This document shows, in pieces, positions 13,538 to 64,000 of a stretch of 64,000 nt of DNA (the first letter of the stretch is position 1; the number at the start of each line of letters is the position of its first letter). The notes beneath the pieces were generated by a model, which saw only the letters and a program-made list of their open reading frames with translations, was not told where the DNA came from and did not search any database. Source of the stretch: Schmidtea polychroa (lineage: Eukaryota); NCBI GenBank assembly GCA_044892525.1, contig CM097885.1:29080001-29144000 (forward strand), read 5' to 3'. The translations under genes and the position numbers were made by a program.

Positions 13538-14490
13538 CACTAGAACTACCAACATATTATCCATACCTAGTTGTACCAATCCGTCAATTTGATGGATGAA
13601 TGAAAAATGGAATTAATAAAAAAATTGTGAATAAATAAAATTCATTTTTTTATTGTAATTTAACACTATAACTACTAATTTAAGGGAATCCCAAAAAATG
13701 AAAAAATAATTGCTTTTAGTTATTAGGCATTTACTTAGCTGATGAGGTTTTGTTGGATAATGATATTTATTACAGAAATTTCATATTTGGAAAAGGTAAC
13801 AGTTTTTATAACAAAAAAGTGCGGCAAAATCTTATTATAAAATGCTATAAAAAAATTAAAATGCTACGTATAAATATAAATACTATAGAGATTTTAAGGT
13901 GTTGTGTATGGTGTCTTTGTTACAAGAGACAGGAAATATCTGGGATTTGATGAGGATGGAAATGCGCTAGATGTTGAGATCGACGAGTCGGTTTTCTTTA
14001 GACGAAAATATAATACTAGAAGAATTAGCGGACCACTTCGGGTGTTTTGCGCTATAGAACGTATTGGTAAAATTTGTATTTTAGTACCCATTAAAAATAG
14101 AAATACTGAGACTGTAATAAATATCTTTATCAAACAAAAACTCATTAGCTAAGTAAATGCCCAATACCTAATAGCAATTATTTTTTCATTTTTGGGGATT
14201 CCCCGTAAAGCCTAAAATGTCAAAATAATTTTACTAAAAGTTTCCGCGTAAATGAGAGGTTTTACTTTTTCATTCAAATGAATGAAAATTCAGTTCATAT
14301 ATCTAAGTATTAAAACAAAATTATTAGTTCTGTCATTTTGACGGGTAGGTTGATCCTTAATAATAAAGGATTGATAAACAAGATAGTTAATTTGTGAGTA
14401 AATTGGAGTCGTATGAAAACTCATCATAAATTTTCAAAATAATATTTACACAACAATGATAAAATTTATGACGGATTGGTAGTTTTATTG
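13538..14490. mobile_element. piggyBac-like non-autonomous element
   Basis: Imperfect TIRs CACTAGAACTACC / GGTAGTTTTATTG, subterminal CCAATCCGTCA inverted, flanks TTAG / TTAA. Confidence 0.55.
13684..14204 (+). mobile_element. Merlin (IS1016/IS1595-like) transposon deletion derivative nested in the piggyBac-like element
   Basis: ~62-bp imperfect TIRs (13684-13745 / 14141-14204) starting GGGAATCCC; ORF 13904-14152 VEIDESVFFRRKYN...VFCAIER...LVPIKNRNTET matches the Merlin DDE N-terminal block. Confidence 0.8.
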
Positions 14491-14599
14491 TTAATGATAA
14501 TGCTGAATGTTGAAATTTTTAATAATAGTTAATATATTTTTAATATAATAAGTTATTTTGGATATATAAATTATTTATGATTAATTACTTATAATAATA

Positions 14600-15055
<456 letters not shown>

Positions 15056-16499
15056 TTTTTCTTGTGACAACTTATATTTATTCACAATGTCTAGAATTTA
15101 CATTTTAAAAACTTTATTCATTTAATTTAATGAAATATATTCTCATTAATATGTTTAATAAATTGTCAATAATAAAGTCAAAAAATTTTCACTACTTATT
15201 TTTCATTGATATATTAAACTAAATTTTAATTATATTATAAAGTTAAACGAAAAAGAAGATTAAGAACTTGAAATTTAATATAATCTACATTGGAATTGTT
15301 TGATGTTCTGTCTTTATTTAGAATTAGAATAAATCTGTTATCAAAATAAATTATTTAAATGTTGAATTTTTAATTAAAATTTTCTTGAAAATTATATGTT
15401 TTCATTTCCTGTTTTTTGATTAATAATTCATGAAATAAAGTCTGTGGCAATGTCGTGTGAATTTTAAAAAAATTAATTTTTTTTGCAATTAAAATTTATG
15501 GTATATCCAAATGGTATTTTTACATTTTTTTCTTATTCCCAATGATTGGCTATAGTCACACTATCCTTATGCCTAATAAAATTTTAAATATTTAATTATT
15601 GATAAATTAATCAAAATAATAAAATAAATTGTACAAAGATTTAACTTAAAATAAATTAATAATAATACTAGTAAATATGACAAACATTCTGAAAAATTAT
15701 TCCCTAAACATAACCGTTATATTAACATTCTTTTTTTTCAATTTTAAATAATTTTTGAATAAATATATAAAATAATTTACCATTAAAATTTAAAATTAGT
15801 TATTTCTTATTCTAATGTTAAAGGCTGTCTAAATTTTGAGGTTATCCTAAGAATATTTGTTGATCTATTCTCACCTGGCACTGAAATATAAACAAAAAAA
15901 TTATAATAATATATATTTTTTAATTTATTTTAAATAAGCAAAACATGCATCAATTAAGATTTTAGACATTTTCATTTAAAAAATATGATAAATAATAGCT
16001 AATAAGCTTAACAATGAAAAATTTTGAAATGGAAAATCTTTTTGTTAATCAAATAACGCACTGCATCCGTGAATTTTGCAATTGGTTTCACAGTTTCACT
16101 TGGATAATTTGAAATAAATATGAATAATTAATTCTCATAAAAATTTAATTATATTTATTTCTTCTAAATTTGTTATAAATTTTTAAAATGTTATTTGATA
16201 AAAAGATTTTTAATATTATTTTTCATTATTTGTCAAATTGATTTTAATTATATTAATTATTATATTAACATAGATAAAATTTTCACTTTATTTTACTATT
16301 AATTTTTACAAAAATGTTTTCATGCATTTGTCTTTTTAATGTTATTTAATTAAAACTTTATACTAAACTTTGAAGCAATACATAATACTGTTTCTGTTCC
16401 AAAATAATTGAGTGATTTCGATATTTAATTATTGTTTTTGAATGAAATTTCACATATTTCGCGTGTAATAATTTTTTTTAAAAACACCTTTTCGTAAAA

Positions 16500-17235
16500 T
16501 GTTATTTTCATTCAGGAACTCAACCTTTGGTTGCTTTAAATACTTCTGCTCCTCCATGTTGAGATTTTAAAGGATCCCAAAGACTAAGTGATTTATACAT
16601 TATGATTTTAGTACTAATAGGCATGTGGTTTTGATTCAGATCCTCTATTCATTTTATTAATAAATTCTCCATTTCTATCATCAAAACACTTCTCTTCCGT
16701 GAACCTTTTGTCGCTGTAATTGGAGTAACACTCTCAAGAACCTTTTTAATCTTATCTTTTTGTCGCACGATTGATCGCACTGTAGATTCCGCCAATTTAA
16801 AATCACTCCCTACGGCTATAAATTTACTGCAATTTTCTATCATTTCAATAATTTTTAGTTTTTTATCCAAAGTCACATCATTGCGAATTTTCTTAACCGA
16901 TTTATCACTTTGCCTTTTTACATATTAAAAACTACGAAGGGCTAAAAAATAAATATGTAAGTAATTTAATTAACATGTGGCGTTTGAAATCGCATCTAAG
17001 CCTACACTGAAAGATATACCCAAATGTTGAGCTACAATACATACTTGGGAGCACGTTCTGAGTTTATTTTGTCTCATTCACGTTCATGACTAATTACGTA
17101 TGATAATGTTCATATGACTCATTATGACAATTTTTCGCACTCCTCAAAACCAGCATTTAGACAATATTTTTTAATTTTCAGTCACGATATAATTAATATA
17201 CACTCGCCGAGGTCGCTATGAACGGGGGTTACCTG
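16500..17235 (-). mobile_element. Tigger/pogo (Tc1/mariner superfamily) 5' fragment
   Basis: Minus-strand TA|CAGGTAACCCCCG TIR-like end at 17235; ORF 16649-16876 TLDKKLKII...LAESTVRSIVRQKDKI...MENLL is a CENP-B/psq-type HTH; decays downstream. Confidence 0.8.
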
Positions 17236-17391
17236 TATAAATGTTATTTATTAGGATAATTGAAAAAGACATTATTTCACCCTTATTGGAATATGACAGT
17301 GAAGATTGCTTTTGGTCATAATATACTTAGTTACAAAATATTCTAAAATTTTAATTTAATTTAATATATATATATATATATATATTATAAA

Positions 17392-18879
17392 CAGAGGCGG
17401 CTCAAAAAGTTTTGTCCAAGTCGAGCGCCCTAGCCAAACTTTTATGAAGCGCCTACCATAAAGAATGTCAACTGAAACATAACGTTTCAATCTATATAAC
17501 TATATAACCTAACCCAACCAACCTTGACTAATTTGCAAAGTTTGATGAGGCTAGCTTATATAGTTTAGGAGACATGGCCACATTTGTATTTTAAAATTCT
17601 ACAAAAAAAAACATTCTTTGATTTTATAATTCTAAGAAATGCATACAAATCCTTACGAGACGTCACCAAATTTGAGCTAGAATATGTTAAATCATCAAAC
17701 GCATATTTTAATAAATAATTTTTTTTTTATATTCAAGAAATAATTTATAAAAATGTTGAGGTCCGTAAATTAAAATAAATTTAAATGAAATTTAATAATT
17801 CAAATAGAAAGTAAGCGAAGAAAAAAGACAAATAAAAGCGGGATTGCGCACAGAATCAATAGTAAAGGAAAGTGTGATGGAAACAGTATTAGAAAATGCC
17901 AAAAGCAATTACGAAAGGCAAGAATCCGGAAATCCGAGAAAAATCAATAAATGGAAAAATCATCGAAATCGAATGGGAAAAACGGGACAGGTATAGATTA
18001 GCTAATGGTCAACAAGATGATGGCTAGAGATTTATCAGAAAATGGTTAGGAAGGGTCGAAAAACATTCAAATGTATGAAAACAGAAAACTTAATTAATTA
18101 ATTAATTGGCTAATGGAAAACCCGAGCTAATGGGAAACCCGAGCCAATGGAGAACCCGAGAGATAAAGGAAACCCGAGCTGGGTAAACAAGAAGAAAGGC
18201 AAACAAAAGGAAGATTTGGGCCCATTAGCTTGACACAATGATTAATGGGAAAAGAGTAAGGAGAAGATAGCGCGCGTAGGAAGACCGGTAGGGCCATTGA
18301 TTATCTGGATTCGTTGGACCATTATGGGTGACAGCCGAAGCAAACACGTAGGAGAAAATGTCAAACGAAAGATTGGCTCGGCAATAACCATTTGTCATCC
18401 TGATTTCGAGGAGTATATAAGCAAAGGGAAAATCAGAGAAAATCGGCATTTTGCCTCAGCTAGGGTTCGAAGAATTAGACTGTAGGAAAAGTTGGTAGAC
18501 GAATTAGGAAAGTAGGGAAAAGAAGAAAAAGAATTAAGAATACGGAAAGGTGAAAAGGAATCAAACCAAACAGAAACCGAAGAAAACGTGAATCGAGAGA
18601 AGCTAAAGGATCGAAAGGTGAATATTATTTGCTTGCAAAGCATCAATGCCGAGCGGAGAATCGTATAAAACTTTGATTGGTAATTGTAGCGTGATAATAA
18701 ATTGTGAACCTGTTGTTTCAATATACGTTGGGTCGTTCATTGTTTTGATTTAAAGAACACAGGAGTCAGAGAGAACCGACTTGAAATAATCCAAAACCCA
18801 ACAAAAATATTTTTACGTCTTACAAAATTGAGCGCCCTAGGCGGCCGCCTACTCCGCCTATATGGAAGAGCCGTCCCTG
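17392..18879. mobile_element. hAT-type MITE interrupted by a solo LTR
   Basis: TIRs CAGAGGCGGCTC / GAGCCGTCCCTG, perfect 8-bp TSD ATTATAAA (17384-17391, 18880-18887), subterminal GAGCGCCCTAG repeats. Confidence 0.85.
17754..18803 (+). mobile_element. Solo LTR (~1050 bp)
   Basis: TGTTG...CAACA termini, AAAA on both flanks, TATA- and AATAAA-like words, no coding capacity; same terminal words as 20332-21204. Confidence 0.7.
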
Positions 18880-19049
18880 ATTATAAAGATTGTTGGGATT
18901 TCTAACCGAAATAATAAATTGACAATTATGAATTGGACTCTAAATGTATTTTGGTAAATAACATCAACGAAATATAAACAAAATGGACTTTTATTGATCA
19001 GCACAATTACAATCTAATTTTCAATTTTCTGATTACAGTCACAAAATTA

Positions 19050-19696
19050 AATGTTCTCTATTGCTTATTTCAACATTTCCAGAGAAATAGCTCTATTAAA
19101 TAAATTCAGTATTACTGTTTAATCCCCATTAAACCACTCTCTGCTACCGTGTTTAATCCTCATTGATGTTGATGGAATCAAAGCCGATATATTTTTACGC
19201 ATACGATCAGCAATACCAGGATTCATTGTCGAACGTCCAAATAACACAAAGTTTGAATGCAAATCTTTTCTGATGTCAGCAGCTCAGTTCATCATGGTGT
19301 TATAAGTCGCCTCGTGAATACCATCAGTTTCCATTCCCAAAAACAACAACTATAACAAAACTTCTGGAAATCTGAATTTTTCATTTCCAACGGTTATAAA
19401 TTGATCATTTTTTAGTTCATTATCTTTTCAAAAATCAATGAAAAAGCAGTAGTTTACACTGCATGCTCACAAACCAGAGGAATGAAACACAGCTGTTCTT
19501 TAGTATTTTGAACAAATCCTCTTTCTGCTGTGGTTGTAAAGCTGTCATATTGCTCTGTCAGTATTTTCATCAAATAATCTGTCAAAACGTCATGTTTTGG
19601 TTAACCAAAAATTAAGAGCAACACAGCTCTTGAAACATCACTTCCGGCAAATCCAGCTTTGCACATTTATGATTTATTATTCCTAACCGTTATCAT
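19050..19696 (-). pseudogene. Actin pseudogene fragment (no introns in the retained segments, internal deletion of about residues 42-184)
   Basis: Minus strand [72 protein letters not shown]...[11 protein letters not shown] align to conserved actin blocks, with stops and frameshifts. Confidence 0.9.
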
Positions 19697-19759
19697 TTTT
19701 AAGAAAAACCAATCCCAACATGAAAACGTTTATTAAATATTATTAAACGTTTATTTAAT

Positions 19760-20015
19760 CAAAACTTTTGACCGTACTACTATGACTGAGGATCGCTTAA
19801 ATGAATTAGTTTTGTTAAATATTTATAGAGATGAGTCAATTGAGATCGAAGAAGTTTTGATTGAAATGTCAAAATCAGCCTGTAGAATCAAAATAAATGT
19901 ATAAATTATGTAAAAGTTAAAATTTTTGAAATAAATGTTAAAATTTTAAGTTTTTGTGTTTCGAAAAGAAAATTTGGGCACCCCCCCCCCTCAAGAATTC
20001 CTGGTTACGCCCCTG
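19760..20015 (+). mobile_element. hAT transposon 3' fragment with right TIR
   Basis: RTTMTEDRLNELVLLNIYRD (hAT dimerisation tail); end ...GGTTACGCCCCTG (reverse complement CAGGGGCGTAACC). Confidence 0.75.
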
Positions 20016-20331
20016 CTTTCAGGATTAACAAATTACGATCGTGTGATCACTCGTTAAATTTAATTAAATTTAAAATTCATTTAATTCCTTACTTTGACTT
20101 TATTGTTCTCCTCTTTCATTTTCTATGAATCAAGTTTTCTAAATTTTCTCAAAATATCCCAACTAGAATCTTTTAAATGTTTTGTCCCAAATTTCTATAT
20201 TTATTATTATAAATTAATTAATATTTTTAATCAACCGTCTCAATTCTCGAATTTTCACTTCATCTTGATTTGTCTACTGCATCATTTCCTCAATCATTTT
20301 ATTCATTTTAATAATTATTTTATTTTATTAT

Positions 20332-21204
20332 TGTTGAGAATACCTAAATGATAAATAGCATAATAAATAAATAAATTACCTGGCGGAAGATCGTCATGAC
20401 AAACGGTCGATCTATGGGAACTCAGAGAAGAAACGGAAGTAAAAAGAAATGAAAAATAAGAAAGATAAATCAAATAAAAGAAAACAAACAAGAAATTAAA
20501 ACAAAGATCATTGTTAATTAAAAAGTACAGGCAAAGGAGGAATTTCAGTTTGCAGAAAAACAAAAATATTGGGAGAGCCGTATCTTTACAGCCTGTCAAA
20601 GATAGCGAAAGTCTGCACAACATGAAAATTAAAAAACAGGGCATATCTCGACATCTGTCAGAGGAAAATGAAAATGAAAAACAAAATCTGTCTCTAGTGC
20701 CACAAATAAAACAAACTATATAAAGGGAAACTGGTGGACACGAATAGAGACAAATTTGGGAGACGAAATAGAAACAAAAATTTAGACGATAAGTTAGACA
20801 GAGTCGGACGAAACGTTATTGGAAAAACGATTGGAAAACGAAGAAAATAATTGTGAAGAATAATTGTTAACGAAGATTTGAAGAAAAAAATTAGTTAAAA
20901 AATTAAACGAAAAGAAGTCACTTGAGTATTTGAATGAAGTTGTGAAGGTCAAAGAAAACAACCAGCTCAAAGTCCCAGTTGATAAACCAATCAGTAATTA
21001 GTGATCTTCCAATCCGGTGTTATCTACAAGTGCTATTCCTCACTGAGTGATGTAATAAGCATTGTATAGTCACCAAGCAGAGTGTTGAATTGATCATCAG
21101 TGTAAAGTGAAAGTTATTTGTGATTACCAATAAAGATTTCTGTTGTCAAGTGTTATTTGTGGATCAGACAAAGACACACTTATCACCAATCCAATAACCC
21201 AACA
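20332..21204 (+). mobile_element. Solo LTR (873 bp)
   Basis: TGTTGAG...AATCCAATAACCCAACA, 4-bp TTAT on both flanks, TATATAAA ~20717, AATAAA ~21129. Confidence 0.75.
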
Positions 21205-21403
21205 TTATTTAGGAATCCACAAAAAATATTATATTTATAAATAACGTTTTAAATCAAAAATATATCAGTAGAAATTTATAAAAATATTTTTAATATTTAT
21301 TATAAGGAAACAGAAATAATGTTTATTTATCAACAAAATATATATTATTTATGATATTTTTTCTAGCAATAATAACAATTAGAAAGTATCAAACAACATT
21401 TCA

Positions 21404-21409
21404 TTTATT
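21404..21409 (-). promoter_or_regulatory. Candidate polyadenylation signal of WDR19
   Basis: AATAAA on the minus strand ~50 nt after the stop codon. Confidence 0.45.
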
Positions 21410-21460
21410 CAAAAATCATTTCCATGCGACTTGGGATAATATTTTTCTCTTTTTACGATT

Positions 21461-62361
<40,901 letters not shown>

Positions 62362-63557
62362 CTAAAACACATGAGTGAATAGAATTTAAGTTTATAATTT
62401 GATATAAAATTCTGATAGTGATAATTTGATAAATTATAATCTGGAATGTCAATACTGTTATAGGACGGATGAATTATCTAATTGAATAAAATTCAAATAT
62501 CTTCGTAAACTCTAATTTTCTTTAAAAGAAATTAACACAACAAATTTTTAGTTATGCTTTTATCGTTTCAAGTTGTAGGGACATTTCTGGTTGAAAAACG
62601 CAATTAAAATTGAATGATTCACACTTAACGGATTTATAATTTACTGTTATATGGCAAATGCAAATTCCAGTCCCTAGAATTGATATTAAATTTCCACCAT
62701 AACTAGAGATCTTCCATATTATTCAAACTTAATTCCGCGATTTTCCTTGAAATCTTTCAAAGTTTTTACTTTTAGCTAAAGTTGGAATCATAATAATTTG
62801 AATATTCAGTCCTAAGAATACTTACGATTTTTCGTGTATTCTTTTAGAATAATTATTTTATACATCACAATAACATGAAGACTTTAATAAAGTGGGTTTT
62901 ATCCAATTTTAAAAATTGTTTTTAAAATGTTTATATATAGAAACAAAATATATTATAATATATGAATAATTAAACTTTTCAATATAATTAAGTAAGCTTT
63001 GCTTTATTATGTATTACGAAAAGGGTTTCATACATCCATATATAAATTTCCTCGACTTATATTTTGGTTTAAACTTCATTTTTCATTTATGCAGATCTAT
63101 TATATATTTTATTGCACAATTATTTAAACAAAATCCTATTTAAATTAAGTTATTTGTTTAAATGTTTAAGTTATGATAGGATAAACTTAATAAAAGCATT
63201 TTTCCGTTTATTTTGATAGGAGGTAAGTCCGTTTTAATATATGAAACTTGATTTTCTTCACAAAATTTTTAATTACACATTATTGAATAATAAATTTGAA
63301 TTATCTAGATTCTAGAACTACAAACACATAAAAGTTGGCTGCTAGATCTTTTTTTTGCATTTTGCTTGTTTCTTTACTGTGCTTATATTTGATTTACACT
63401 TAAAAGTTTACTTTTTGAAGTTGCAGACTTAATTAAATGATAAAGTTTATAAGTTCCAAATGTATGCTATAAAATGTTTAACCCTATATCAAAGACATTT
63501 TAATTTCTGAAAAAAATTAATTAAAAATATAAATTACTTATCACAAATGATCTAGAT

Positions 63558-64000
63558 CATGGGTTCCCAACCTTTTCATAGTACCGTACCTGTACGTTGT
63601 AAAAAAATTGATGGCGTACCGGTAAACCTAATTTTTTAATGAGGTATATAAAATGCAATTATGACTTAAAAAATAGTTAGTGAGAAGGTTGGGCCTGTTT
63701 ATTATTAACTAAAGAAGTAATATCGGGCTCAATGTTTGTCAGTTAAAGGCGAAGATCCGATTCAATGTCCAGCAAAGCTCTATACTTGGTTTTCATCGTA
63801 GTCATTGCAGAAAATCCGGTTTCACATAAATATGTGGTCCAAATGGCATTAAAAATTTTGGAAAATTAGAAATTGTAAAATATTAAAATGTATGGATTAT
63901 TGTAGTCATGTTTTTTTTCGCAAAACAGATTTTTAATAGATTTTTGTTTTATATATAGTAAAGTAATTCGCGTACCGGTAGCTGCTTGCCCGCATACCCA
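63558..64000 (-). mobile_element. Charlie/Buster hAT deletion derivative running off the window
   Basis: TIR-like CATGGGTTCCCAACCTTTT preceded by ATCTAGAT (Charlie-type target); minus-strand TTYLCETGFSAMTTMKTKYR...DIESDLRL remnant. Confidence 0.8.

Noticed and set aside
18115..18180. Four AACCCGAG short repeats resembling a spacer array
   Set aside because: Degenerate ~18-bp tandem inside a solo LTR in eukaryotic DNA; not CRISPR
18225..20723. Short ORFs within solo LTRs (18225-18721, 20315-20723)
   Set aside because: Arise from purine/pyrimidine strand bias; no homology cues
62700..62900. Candidate further WDR19 exon (GTAAG donor at ~62825)
   Set aside because: No open frame resembling the expected upstream WDR19 sequence

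Overview
Very AT-rich eukaryotic (metazoan) genomic DNA. The tiny 44-52 nt introns, long (AAT)n tracts and TE content would fit a flatworm such as a planarian, but the organism cannot be verified from the sequence. One host gene is recognisable: the 3' ~980 codons of WDR19/IFT144 on the minus strand, reconstructed as 18 phase-consistent GT-AG exons from 62361 down to the stop at 21461; its 5' exons lie beyond the window. The rest is transposon-rich: four near-full-length Ty3/Gypsy LTR elements (7548-12275 +, 24208-28766 +, 28788-33774 -, 52025-56570 -), a truncated CsRn1-like Gypsy, an intact-looking hAT/Buster transposon (41696-44271), solo LTRs, hAT/piggyBac/pogo/Merlin MITEs, Helitron pieces, an actin pseudogene fragment and two decayed hammerhead-like motifs. 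The most unusual observations are these. (i) One Gypsy element has LTRs only 34 bp long, delimited by both PBS and PPT. (ii) In three related Gypsy elements the likely gag ATG is built from the LTR's last base plus the PBS, and the pol stop lies inside the 3' LTR, so there are no internal UTRs; all three sit in (TAA)n-type sites with ATAAT/ATTAT TSDs, and one has TA...TA LTR ends. (iii) The actin fragment is bracketed by LTR-like TGTTGGGATT/AATCCCAACA ends.
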